From contig JAUCBJ010008127.1 in the NCBI GenBank assembly GCA_032718475.1, positions 1-62,692 on the forward strand: a DNA stretch of 62,692 nucleotides, in the 5' to 3' direction. Each line of letters starts with the position of its first letter. The first letter of the stretch is position 1. The translations under genes were made by a program, and so were the position numbers. The notes beneath the pieces were generated by a model, which saw only the letters and a list, made by a program, of their open reading frames with translations, searched no databases and was not told where the DNA came from. Source of the stretch: Nemertoderma westbladi. Taxonomy: Eukaryota; Animalia; Xenacoelomorpha. This document shows, in pieces, positions 23,210 to 35,022 of this stretch.

Positions 23210-24872
23210 TGTCGGAGGTACGAGATTGGTAACAACCAATCTCGTACCACAACCAATAACGGGGATAACACGAACCCCAAAGCCACACAAAGGGAGGTTA
23301 GAGGTCAAACAACCTCGGGAGGGAAAAATAACCAACAGGGGCCAACAGAGGCGGAAGCACTCCCAAAGAGGTGAGAGGCGTGAAGTAGGTTATCAGCCAA
23401 TAGGAGCGGGGGAAAGCATCCACTGGACAAAGGCCACAATAGTGTAGAAACGATTACATATATATTGTCAATGTATAACATTACCGGTTCAGTTACTCAG
23501 TGATGAGTTCAGTGCAGACCAGTGATATTCTATACCGTCACCATCACCAATACATATATTTACTGGCACAGCATCCATCATATATCAATGCTGCCTAACT
23601 GTAACTCTTACTGTGCTATCACATATATATTCATTATCCGAGTATCAAGAAACATCAATTAACTCTTATTGTTTTACTGCAACGGCCTCGGCTTAGGTAT
23701 CACCAAAAGGTAAACACGGTGACGGGTAATAGACAAATCCGGTCGGGATCCCTTGCTCCCGTCACAGTATAGAATAACCCAACGCAACAGACTGTGACTG
23801 CCAGACACAACCAAGATGAGCGCAGGAGGACCCCAACTATCAGAGGGAGAGAGGACACCGCCGTGGACCCCGGACGACACTAACCAAATGATCCGCGAGG
23901 CCGCGACACGATGGTATCGATCCGCGACGCCGGATTCGCCGACGAGAGACGATCCGGCAGCCCAAACGGAGGACGGCCGTCTACCACAAGGAAGGGATGA
24001 GTCGACGCACAACGGCGGATGAAGTACAGAAGTCGCGGCCAGCCACAGGCCGAGGGCGAAGGACGGTCCACCAGAACGGCGACGGTGGGGCCGCCAGTAC
24101 GACGCCAAACCTGGAGAGGAGGAGGAGATGTCGGCGAAGAGGACGTCGGGACCAGCGATCGGCTTCGATGGGCCTACAACGCCACCAAGAAACTATTGAG
24201 GGAAGCCAAAGAGGGAGAGAAGGTAAACCAGGGGAAGTTGAGCCAGCGGCTAGGTGAGTCGAATAAACATTTCAGATATCTAGTCCGTTTTGGGCAGGGA
24301 GAATTGGCGAGTGAGAGGGCGAGGGGGTCACCACCGAACTATTCGAACTGTGGCGATCTGGGGTTATGGAGCCTGAAGTGGTGTACGTAGGGCCATATTT
24401 AGTGGATGCTAGGGGAATTAAGTTAGTGGGTTGGGCAGATCCGCACGAGGGCAAACCCGAGGTTAACCCCGAGGATTCAGTCTCATCGGTTAGCAAGAAC
24501 CCCAGAAAGCGGGGGAAAATTAGTAGGACAGCTACATCCTCCGCGAAAGCAAGAAGGGTGTTGGAGATAGATCTGGGGTATCAATTAGACATGGTGGCAC
24601 TAGACCAGAAAGAATTAGAGATGCAGTTGGATGAGGGAACTGCGCTGCTAGAGAAAGAGAGGGAGTTGGCGAGGGAGTGTAGAGAGAGGGCCGACAGGGT
24701 AGCGAGAAATTGTAGAGAGCAAGAAGAGAGCGAGGCGAAGGAACGTAAAGAGCGAGAGACGAGAGTAGAGAGCGAGCGTAGAGAGCGGGTGTTGAGAGAA
24801 ACAGAATTAGCGAACCAGAGTTTGCGAGAGGATAGAGAGAGAGGGAGAGAGAGCAGGAAAGCGCATGCGGGA
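23210..24872 (+). mobile_element. BEL/Pao element C: probable 5' LTR (23210-23766) and frameshifted gag N-terminus
   Basis: TGT at 23210 interrupts the LINE; ...CCCGTCACA at 23766. ORFs 23816-24875 contain PEDSVSSVS...SSAKARR plus an E/R coiled coil typical of BEL gag N-termini. Confidence 0.6.
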
Positions 24873-26712
24873 TGATATGCATGCCCGGTTGTGCAAAATC
24901 CAGGCCGGTTCTGTAAAACTGTTTTTCATTCGTTTTAAAATCTTTCTTACTTAATAATAACATATATAATAAACTGATTAGCATTTAGGTAAATATGATA
25001 ATTATAGTTCAGTACATAATAATTAACGGTATAAGGCACCAGATCATGGTACCGGTAAGTATAACACAGACAGACACAGTCTGTGTATGACTGTATGAAA
25101 AATGACTGAAAGGCAGAACAAGGAAACGACACGTCCTTCTGTAGTTGGTTAGTAAGAATATAATCAAGCAGTCAGCCATATGTATAGAAAAAATATGTGG
25201 TACAAAATATTACTTCAATCCTAAATACAGTATAATTATTATCTGTAATTTAGGACATACTCCCACCACCGAACAAATAAACGCTTCTAGCTAAATAATT
25301 AGGCTCTATAAAAATTAATATTTTCAAATTATATATATATATATAGCCTTCGTCAAAATAACATGCAAAACAAAATGAACCATATAATGTAACAAAAAAA
25401 TATTTGGTTATAAAATATTTCTCAACGGGATAAGCAATCATATACTACTTTCACTCTCGGACTCAGATTCATTGCATATCGTAGTGATTCGTTGTTGGGC
25501 TTCAGTAGCCGCCTGGCATTGTGGATGCTCTGATCTTACTGGGGGCTCTGGTTGAACAAGAGTGCCGGTAATTGTTTGATCAAGGGGGCAGAGTTCAATA
25601 TTGTCCGTTTCTAGAGGATACAACTTCCGTACAGGGCGTACTAGTGTTCCTAACTGTGTACGTAGGACGACAGATCGTACCCATCCATACTTACCGGGGT
25701 GTAAGGTGATCACACGACCAAGGGACCATTTAGAACGTGGTAAATGCGGATTATGTATTTCTACAATGTCATTTAAACGAATTTGTGTGGTTGGAAATGG
25801 GTTGTCCCATCGATGGTACTCGCGCAATGCAGTGAGATATTCGTGGGACCAGCGATTTTGAAACGCTTGCAATAAATTTTGTATTGTTTGTTTGTATTGT
25901 TATAATTGTGTTTTCCTGAGTTTGGACAATGTACCATATAAGCGCTTGCGAGCTAACTGGCTATTTGTAGGCAGAACTGGGGCATCAGGTCGCCATGGGA
26001 ACTTTACTACATAATGACCATTTTCGAATCGTATAGATTGCTCAAAGTTAAGAATAGTTGCTTCATGCAATAGATCTGGGTCTTCATAATTTATGCCAAT
26101 TGCATCTAGACTCCAAATTCGATCGAAGGCAATCTCTACATTCATTTCGGGGTTGGTATGCTCTTCAGGTCCAATGTCTGAAGTTGAGGTAAAACTACAT
26201 AGTGCACTTGAAGCACTTTTTATAGATTCACTGGTGGGTAGACAACCAGCTATAATATCCCCTAAGTTCGAAGGTATACAATATAAACCATCATATATTT
26301 TTTTTGCATAAATAAATGAGAAAAAATGATCTACACCAATCAGCAGACCTAGATCTGGAATATCATCTCCTCCTCGTGGATCAGCCAAGGAGAAACCTGG
26401 GAGCTTAAGGGTTTCAATAAGTTCGTCCCTACCAGTGGTGTTCACGGTATTTCAACTTTTCCTAACGCGAGTTGAATATTTTTTGGATTTATTTAAAATG
26501 ATTATTCCGATATCACTACTGGGTGCGGGAACATGGGTTTTGGGCACACTCGATGGACTGGGGGCGATTTATGGGCGAATATTGGGGCGACTTACGGGGT
26601 ACGGGACTCATTTCATGTATATAAGGGCCAGGGGTGGGAGGAAAGGTTAAGCAGTATTCAGGTTTACCTGATTACTATTAGGCATAGCCAACTTCCTGCT
26701 GCCTGTAGAGGT
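24873..26712 (-). mobile_element. Internally deleted BEL/Pao element D with 3' LTR (25257-24873)
   Basis: ORF 25900-26445 (LADP, LLIG.D, WSLDAIGI, Y.V..PW, LPTN..LA.KRL) and ORF 25438-25872 (W..EYL..LRE.H, PRSKW.LGRV, RPV.KLYPLE). PPT GGTGGTGGGAG then TGT; LTR ends ...TATCA. Confidence 0.8.
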
Positions 26713-26886
26713 TGTAAAAGCTTTTGTGGGATATAACTGGCCCTTTTGCTTCGCAATCCAGTTTCCCTCAATGCGGTCAAATACTCTAAAGAAAAACTCC
26801 CTAACTCAAATGATGCAAGCTACCGGCTGATTGGCTGATTTGCTGTACGTATGGCCTCTTTGTTCTGTTCGATCAACCAACCAGAG

Positions 26887-28091
26887 TGTAAAAGCTTTTG
26901 TGGGATATAACTGGCCCTTTTGCTTTGCAATCCAGTTTCCCCCCAGGCGCTGGAATACTCTAAAAAGCTCTCTAACTCGAATGATGCAAAGCGACCGGCT
27001 GATTGGCTGATTTGTTATACGAGGGGCTCCTTGCTATGTTCTATCGGCCAACCAGAGCTATAGCAGCAGAGTATGCAACCAGGGCAACCGAGCGGAGTGA
27101 CTCATTTTGTGTGTTGGCCAAGGGTTGCAAAAATCCTGATAGTTCGGCATTTAGATATTCGTAGAACTTGTGGAATCTGGTGCTCTGCCAATGAGAGCTA
27201 TTCCTCTCTGTGTAAAAAGATACAGTCAGAGAGTTTTGACTCACTCTCTGTTGTGTTGTTTTCTATCTAGGCCAGGAACACCGGCTTTAGAGTCAATTCG
27301 TTTCAGACTTTAGAAGAAACATTAGTAGGCTTAGATTATAGAGCGTATAACTGTTATCAGTTCAGTCTTACATTATCGGTTCAACATACATTATTATACT
27401 GCTATTTACTGTTGTCATTGTTTGTATCAGTTGGTTGAATATTAATATTTGGAGAACATCTATAAAGAACCCAAATTTCCCAATTTTCTTGATACACTAC
27501 AGGTTAGAGAGACGGGTTACATATAGCGATTGCGACTTATATTGTGTGGTTTGTAGTGAATTTAATGCTATTTGATAAGCACTACATGAGTCAGTTTCTG
27601 TTCTCTTTATATATGATAAAATTCATTGACGGTCGGCAAATTAGTGAGCAGTATTGTGCGTTACCGGTAGTGTGCATGATTGTGGCTGATAACTAAGCAT
27701 TTCCTAAAGAATGCGCCTCATACGTGAATCATAAGCCTTACCTACTTACCGTTGTGTTTAGTATAAGTCATATCTCTGTTTACCTAGATAGAGCGCCACG
27801 TCCTAAAGGAACTGTTAATATTTCCCGAAAGTGAATAATATTAGTCAGAAATTATTTATTAACGATCAATCGAATAATACAGTAAGCTTACACTGCAATA
27901 ACAATCTAAGCCCTCCGAATCCAGTCTCCCGGGTATATCCAGCGGGTGAATGGACGCGCACTAGGCTGGCTTCGGCTAATGTTGTGTTTATTGGTATTAA
28001 ATACTTGTCATTTTCTAAAGTCTATTTATAAACCAAAAGACATATAAATTTTGGCAGGTTAAACTGCTAAAGGTCTTCAAAAGCGCGTACA
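26887..28091 (+). repeat. 5' LTR of B
   Basis: Direct repeat of 38169-39374. Confidence 0.95.
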
Positions 28092-28160
28092 ATAACAGTT
28101 ATTGTCTTTATTGCAGTAAGCAATAAAGTTGAAAGTACCGGTCGACCGGTAAACCTGAAC

Positions 28161-28319
28161 CGGTACTGCTGTAGGTCCGTAGGCCCAACTGCCAGAATCG
28201 GTACTGCTGTAGGTCCGTAGGCCCAACTGCCAGAATCGGTACTGCTGTAGGTCCGTAGGCCCAACTGCCAGAATCGGTACTGCTGTAGGTCTGTAGGCCT
28301 AACTGTCCTAACCGGTACT
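28161..28319 (+). repeat. 38-bp tandem repeat (4 copies) in the B 5' UTR
   Basis: CGGTACTGCTGTAGGTCCGTAGGCCCAACTGCCAGAAT at 28161, 28199, 28237 and 28275; not expanded in A. Confidence 0.93.
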
Positions 28320-28489
28320 TCCAGTATAAGTACATTAATATTATTCGATTTTGATTATTGTATACCGGTAAGTCTTAGTACTTAATCAGGGAATGGCCGC
28401 CCTGGTTTTTTATTGAGATTTTACTTATTTCTGTCGGTTTTATTTACATGTAAGTTAATATTGAGCTGAAGACGTGTAAGTCTGCTCAG

Positions 28490-29075
28490 ATTGTTCAGAT
28501 AATTGTAGGCTGGACTGTTGTTGGACTGTTGTTGAGTCTGGAGAGATTGCGGCGTGTGTGAAGTTTGTCCGATAAAGTGCCAGTTAGTAAGTTGGGGCAG
28601 CCAGAGCTGTAAGGTCAATCCCCTCTTAAAGAATAAGTCGTACTACCGTGTTAGAACGCATACTAACTAACCATTTTGGAATCTGCACATACTGTAGTTT
28701 ATTTAGGCTTGATAGTAGTCTGCCAGCTTTTTAGTCTGTGTTTGTTTGTGTGGTCTGTTCAGGTACCGTAATAGTTATTACTCAGATATTTTGTAGGCTG
28801 GATTGTTGTCTAGCTATTATTAGGTCTGAAGAGATTGCTGCGTGTGTAGAGTTTGTCTGATAAAGTGCCAGTTAGTAAGTTGGGGCAGCCAGTGCTGTAA
28901 GGTCAACCCCCTCTTAAAGAATAAGTCGTACTACCGTGTTAGAACGCATACTAACTAACCATTTTGGAATCTGCACATACTGTAGTTTATTTGGGCTTGG
29001 TGGTAGTCTGCCAGCGTTTGGTTTGTATTTTGTTTGAGTATTCTGTACGGGTAGCGTAATATTTATTATTCAGAG
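28490..29075 (+). repeat. ~295-bp tandem duplication in the 5' UTR (also in A at ~40710-41310 and ~52530-53124)
   Basis: GATAAAGTGCC...AGAATAAGTCGTACTAC...TAACCATTT...TAGTCTGCCAGC occurs twice. Confidence 0.85.
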
Positions 29076-30365
29076 TTTATGCGATTATTCGCAACATTCA
29101 TGTCCCCAAGTTTATTCCTACAGTAATTGTGCTTGTTACACATACCGTTATAGTTAAATTAACCCCGGTACTACACGGGCTGCTTGGCATAGGTAAAGAC
29201 TGGTGACTTTGTGCTCCGGTCACTCCAGCAGATGCCGTGGTTCTTTTAACTGTTCAAGTATATTTAACTACTGATTATTTGTTGTACCAGTACTTGTACC
29301 TAATTTAGGGTTTAGTGTACAGTGCTTTCCAAAGGTAATTAGTGTGTAGGCAGTATATTTGTGTTGTAAAGTGGTTAATAGGCACGTTGGATCTGGTAGT
29401 CCGCGGTAATTAACTTCCAGGCAGGAACACTCCGTAATACATAACGTAGTACCTATAGCGATACGGCTATAGGTCGTCAGGCGGTGGTATTTTCCTATCT
29501 GGACAGTGCAATATATTTACTACTACTTATTATTTTCAAATACCGTAGTACCCTGTCCGTTGTAATAACCAGAAATCTAACTCTTTGTTAGACTGGTTTG
29601 TAGACTTCTTGTAAAATTACCCTAAAATTTCATACGTAATATTTTTGTTGTGTTTTAATTAGAGAATTAATCTCAAGTATCGTAAGTAATTTGTAGTATT
29701 AAGTAACTTAGGTAAATTAGAATTATCTGTTTTAGTGTCCAATAAGTAGCACTTCACTGAGAGTGCACAGCTTCTGTGTAGTGACTCCCCCAGAAATAAT
29801 AACATTTATTTCAAATATTGACAAAACCCATTTTAAACGGGTATATATATATTATAAATCAACTCAAACGATTTATAAATAGTAGGCCTGCCATACAACA
29901 ACTAGGTCTCAATATCAGTTGGACTACTGCTTAAATAACGGTAATAAAGTAAGTTAAAGTAACCAAGTAACCCTAAAATATTCAGAAATTCAATTATTCT
30001 AAAATAATTGACATACCGGTATTTACCATAGGCTTATTATATTTATTTCTATAAATTTGGGCTGAAATCATACCGGTATTCTGTAATTAATTCTAGTTCA
30101 TAATTATACTTATATATACTATCAGTGTAAGCTGCATACCGGTATTCACGATAGGCCTATTATATATTTATATATATTTGTGCTAAAATTATATACCAGT
30201 ACTCTGTGACTAACCTAGTTTACAATACTTATATATATTATAAGTGTATACCGGTATTCTAATATACTGTAATAAATTAACGGTACTAGGCCAACGGTCA
30301 TACTGAATTACTAGACTTGCTATAACTGTAACTATAGCAGTAGGCATTCAACCGTATAGCTAAAC

Positions 30366-31795
30366 ATGTCTGACACCCAGCAAAACCTGTCAGACAGTCT
30401 AATCGATACAACCATCTGTGACACAGATAGGAGTGTGGAGCGATTAAGAAAGGAGTTCAGCTCACCTCCTACTGAAAGAAAGGTCATCCCTCCAGTAGTA
30501 GTATCAGACCCTAAGCTAATCCAACACCGTAGGTCTATCATCGGCACTCGGGCCCAAGTCAAACGAACCAGGAAGCAGCTGTCCAACAGCAGCAACATCC
30601 TAGTCAAGAAACTTGTTCCCAGCGATCCGATAGCTCCAGTAGTTCGGATACTGCAGAGCTGACCCCCGAACGCGGAGTGCAGATGGCGGCTACAGCCTAC
30701 TCGGATCCCCTGCTCACCCTTCCTGCCGCAGTGCTAACTACTATATTGATTGCGGTGGAGGAACATCAAGCCGATTGGGCGAGAAGTAAGCGAGCGACCC
30801 AAGATAGTTATGCGGGATACGCCAGGGAAGAATTGATGTCTATTGTCGAGTCACAATGGAACTTTCCCGGACCCGGACTCCCGTTAGATTTGTCCGAAGC
30901 TACTTGGGAAGACGTACACAGGATGGGAGTGACTAAAGATACGATGGATCCAGCTGTTTGGAAGAGGTCGGCAGCAGGATATGTGCAGGGATTCTTCGGC
31001 TCCTTAGAGCGATTAGAAGAACAACTGTTTCGACAACCCCAAGGACCTCAAGAGCAGGAAGAGCTGCTATATCAAGTATGCGAAAGAACCCTACGCATTA
31101 GACTAATCCTATCAGCCTTTGAGGAAACTTCTAAAAGAAGACAGGACACGTCGCTGCAAGTTGCTGTCAAGACTTGGTTCCAGCGGGTAGGTCGCAAAGT
31201 TCAAGAAACGGCACAGTGGAAATCCCAGCTGGCTGAGAGACCAACCTATGAAGAACCAACCGATGCCACCCTTTCTCAAGGGGAAAGCGAAGAGACAGCA
31301 TCAGAGAAGCCGCCCTCTAGAGACGCTATTGACATTTATCTGTCCGACTACCAGCGATTCCTAGGAGACGAAGAGTTGAGGAGACGGCTGTCTGGACTTT
31401 CCCCTAATAGTGAAGGAGCCAAGCATGTGTTGGACGCAATCGATATTGAAATGCTAGCTGCAAACCAAGCTAAATTTGATGAACGTCTCCGCATAGCTAG
31501 AGCCCAAGAAGAACAAGTAAAGAAAAGGCGGATAGAAGACAGAAAGGCAACGGCAGTAGCAGCGGCAATGGCGGAGGCAGAAGCGGAAAGAAAAGCGACT
31601 GTAGCAGCGGCAATGGCGGAGGCAGAAGCGGAAAGAAAAGCGACTGTAGCAACGGCAATGGCGGAGGCAGAAGCGGAAAGAAAAGCGGCTGTGGCAGCAA
31701 CAAGGGCAGTGGCAGAAGCAGAAGGGAAAGCGTCTGAGGAGACTACCCAACTGGAGTTGGAAAATCTGCAAGAGACGCAAGATAAACACGCATAA
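30366..31795 (+). pseudogene. gag: Frameshifted gag N-terminus of B
   Basis: MSDTQQNLSDSL matches MSDTKRALSDSL of A. ORFs 30366, 30677 and 31819 are in three different frames. Contains a 48-bp repeat encoding KATVAAAMAEAEAER. Confidence 0.75.
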
Positions 31796-31818
31796 ATAAA
31801 CAGTTAACTGCTAGCCAA

Positions 31819-34800
31819 ATGCAGATGATGAGTCGATCTACTCCCAAACGCCAAGGATACACATCATCGGAGGAAGGCGAGACCACCGATCCTGAAGGCG
31901 GAGGAAATAGATCTCGTCTAAGCAGGCATAGAAAAACATCTCACCGTCACAAATTGCCTGATTTGCCCCCAGCGGTTAGAAGACAACTAGCTAGCACAGA
32001 CTTAGGTAGTACAGAACCCACAGACCAAATTATTAAGGTCAAAAGACTCCCTACCATAGTTGATGAGCCTGAAATAATTAGGCCTGTCGTTCCCAAAACC
32101 ACTCCTGTGCTAGAGACCCCTGTACTTCCAGAGCTTAACTCTAAATTCCCTTTACACAGTACTACACTGCCTGTACCCGGTAGAACAGTCCATGAGAATA
32201 TCCCTGTCCTGGGAACTGAGAGAGAAATCAAGGATTTGTCTCCCGTCGTCCCGCGTCGGCCCGCTACAATGTTGGCGACTCCCGCTTCGGCGGTCGAGTG
32301 GGTAGAGGAGGGACGTCGGGGGATGAATCTCCTGCTCGGACAGATGCAGGAGACTGTCCACCAACTTAAGGGAACAGTAAGGGAAAGTAGGGCAGAATTG
32401 CAAGAAGTGCAGCAAAGCATCGCGCTAGAACGCGACAAATTAGTCAATATACAAAAGGGTATACCAATACCCCCAGTAACATTGTGTCAACCTGTTAGGT
32501 CTGAAGTATCACATGCGCAAGGTGTGGAGCCTACACGCATCTATACTGCTAGTGAAGTAGAAACTCCTATAGCAAACCCTATTAAGGGTGATTATAAACC
32601 TGTTGTTAATAATATTCCCTATAGACCTGATAATGATCCGAGAAATTTATATACCGATAATTCGATATTAAATAACACGATGGCCCAAGAAAGCTTTACG
32701 CGTCAGATGGCTAGAACAGAAGCCCGCCAAGCGGTCAAAGTGGGAGAGATCGTTAAATTCAATGGAGATGAGATGAAATGGTTACCTTTCAATGAATATT
32801 ACAAAGATAGCATACAGAACTCTGTACTATCTAACGGAGAGAAACTTAGATTCCTCATCAAGTGCTTGGAAGGACCTCCCAAGTTAATGGCGTTAAAGTT
32901 TATTGGACATCCAGATGGATTAAGACAAGTTTGGGACACATTAAACATCAGGTATGGTAACAAGGATAACATAGCTAAGTATTTGTATGCAAAATTAGTA
33001 GCCCCCCAAAAGTTCCTTAGTAGCGGGATTATAGAGTTTTCCGATGAGATTCAGGAGATCTGTAGACAATTGGACTGGTTAGGTAAGTCTCATGAATATC
33101 AGAGTTCCATGGTTATTGGAGCCGTAGTCTCTACTTTACCAAAGGGTGGAGTATGTACACACTGGGACAAGCAAGTGTTGTATATGAATGAGCAGCAACG
33201 ACGAGGCCCTACCATGGCTGATCTCATGTCCTTCTTAGATAGTGAAGTAAAATTACAACTCATAAAGCAGTCCAGAGAGAAAACATCGGAAAATAAGGTA
33301 AGTGAGAAACCCGTTTCTAGGAGAAGGGTAACACCAGTGTGTTATACTGATGACGGCGAAAGCCAAGCTTCTCAAGAAGAGGACAGCGGGAAAGACACAG
33401 CAAAATCTTACTATGACAACAAGACCTATAAAGACGTAAGTAAATATAAGTCTCGAACCAGTGACAGGAGAGAACAGGTAACAACAACTCCTCCTACGTC
33501 TCCTAAGAGAATTCACGGAAGAAAGCCCGAAGAAAGAACGAGAGTGCATAACGTTACCCAAGGTAAAGTGAGTAACATCAAACCAAAATGTGCGCTGTGC
33601 GACGGGCCCCACCGTTTGAGTGTGTGTGCTGAATTCCTAAAGAAATCCCTGGTAGACAGACGTGAAGTCATGTGGGATAAGCGGTTATGCTATAATTGCC
33701 TCAGACAAGGACACCAATGGCGAACCTGTTACTCCGACGTAAAGTGTGCAAAGTGTGGCGCGAAACATCACATCTTGTTACACAGTGAGTTCGAACGAGA
33801 CAACCCGAGTCAGGTAAGTGAGCCCGAACTACATGTCCAATTCAGTGATGTAAATGACACTGATCAAGAATCTGAGATGGAAGGATTCTATACGGACGAA
33901 TTCTCCGACGCCAACGAATCCTGTTACCTAATAAATACCGCAGTGTATCGAGCACTTACGCATGAAAAGGACACCGACAATGAGTTCCCCCCAACTACCT
34001 TTAACAGACAAACATCTTGGAAACCTCCAACTTCCAACGTAGGAATCAGAGAATTTCCTGTAGTGCAGGTAAGAGTTCACGGTCCTAACAAAAGTTACAT
34101 AGTGAACACCCTCCTTGACTCCGGCAGCACAGGAACATTCATCGATCAAGAACTAGCCGAAGACATCTTTGCTGGACAACCCAAATTCCAAACTAAGTTG
34201 AATATGTCCGGAATTATGCAGGTTTGGAAATCTACCATAACGGCAGATTACTATGTAGGTGCATTGTCCACCCCCCAGGATAAATTAGGAGCACAAAGTA
34301 TAAGGTCAGTAAAACTGGTGGCTATAAAGAACCTCGCTACTACCCAAGTAGAACCTTATAACTGGGACGAGGACGAGAGCATCCAACAGCTTAAGATACC
34401 TCGATTCCAGACCGATTATCCTGGAGTGCAAATACTCATCGGCCAAAACGCGCATGAGGCGCTCGAGACATTGGAGAAACGGCCTGCTCAACCGCAGCCA
34501 CTACAAACCTATGCGGTAAGAACTAGAGTAGGTTGGTACTTCACTGGCCCTTCCCGTAGAACTCTCAAAGAGAGATTACCTCAACAACAGGTATACCAAG
34601 TAAAGGAATGGGAAGTGGAGATCAGTGATGTGGACGATCTAACTGAGGGAACACCATACTCCTCAGATAATGACGATATTAACTCCAATGTAGATCAATG
34701 GAGACATTGCCTTGGGACGATTAATCCAGCTGACATCGCTTCCAGAGGAGCAACTCCTCAAGAACTGATAGATACTCCAGGCTGGTTAGGTGGATCCGAC

Positions 34801-35022
34801 TTCTTAAGTAAAGAAGAAGAAGAATGGCCTCCTCATCTTACCACGGCAGAGATTAGACAGGCCAAGGGAGCGGAGAAAGTAACACAACAACTCAATCGCC
34901 CAGCTGGTCGTTTATGTTTACTGGAAAGAGACCGAAAACTGTCCGGAAACTATGGAAGGCAAGATACTCTTCCTACGACCACTTCCCTAATCCGACAAAT
35001 ATCTAGGGACTCCATAACGTAA
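31819..35022 (+). CDS. gag: Gag-protease of B fused to short RNase H and integrase-tail remnants (no RT or integrase core)
   Basis: KFNGDEMKWLPF capsid; three Cys/His fingers (CALCDGPH, CYNCLRQGH, CAKCGAKHH); LLDSGS protease; then DQWRHC..NPADIASRG..AEKV|TQQLNRP. Confidence 0.9.
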   Translation: MQMMSRSTPKRQGYTSSEEGETTDPEGGGNRSRLSRHRKTSHRHKLPDLPPAVRRQLASTDLGSTEPTDQIIKVKRLPTIVDEPEIIRPVVPKTTPVLETPVLPELNSKFPLHSTTLPVPGRTVHENIPVLGTEREIKDLSPVVPRRPATMLATPASAVEWVEEGRRGMNLLLGQMQETVHQLKGTVRESRAELQEVQQSIALERDKLVNIQKGIPIPPVTLCQPVRSEVSHAQGVEPTRIYTASEVETPIANPIKGDYKPVVNNIPYRPDNDPRNLYTDNSILNNTMAQESFTRQMARTEARQAVKVGEIVKFNGDEMKWLPFNEYYKDSIQNSVLSNGEKLRFLIKCLEGPPKLMALKFIGHPDGLRQVWDTLNIRYGNKDNIAKYLYAKLVAPQKFLSSGIIEFSDEIQEICRQLDWLGKSHEYQSSMVIGAVVSTLPKGGVCTHWDKQVLYMNEQQRRGPTMADLMSFLDSEVKLQLIKQSREKTSENKVSEKPVSRRRVTPVCYTDDGESQASQEEDSGKDTAKSYYDNKTYKDVSKYKSRTSDRREQVTTTPPTSPKRIHGRKPEERTRVHNVTQGKVSNIKPKCALCDGPHRLSVCAEFLKKSLVDRREVMWDKRLCYNCLRQGHQWRTCYSDVKCAKCGAKHHILLHSEFERDNPSQVSEPELHVQFSDVNDTDQESEMEGFYTDEFSDANESCYLINTAVYRALTHEKDTDNEFPPTTFNRQTSWKPPTSNVGIREFPVVQVRVHGPNKSYIVNTLLDSGSTGTFIDQELAEDIFAGQPKFQTKLNMSGIMQVWKSTITADYYVGALSTPQDKLGAQSIRSVKLVAIKNLATTQVEPYNWDEDESIQQLKIPRFQTDYPGVQILIGQNAHEALETLEKRPAQPQPLQTYAVRTRVGWYFTGPSRRTLKERLPQQQVYQVKEWEVEISDVDDLTEGTPYSSDNDDINSNVDQWRHCLGTINPADIASRGATPQELIDTPGWLGGSDFLSKEEEEWPPHLTTAEIRQAKGAEKVTQQLNRPAGRLCLLERDRKLSGNYGRQDTLPTTTSLIRQISRDSIT

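Noticed and set aside
27041-28031. Short ORFs inside LTRs (also 38285-39314, 39988-40233, 51809-52054)
   Set aside because: They recur only because the LTRs are duplicated; they are not conserved between LTR subfamilies and have no recognisable motifs.
31454-34491. Antisense ORFs over gag (also 42964-45594 and 57211-57595)
   Set aside because: Expected shadows of a biased, repetitive coding strand.
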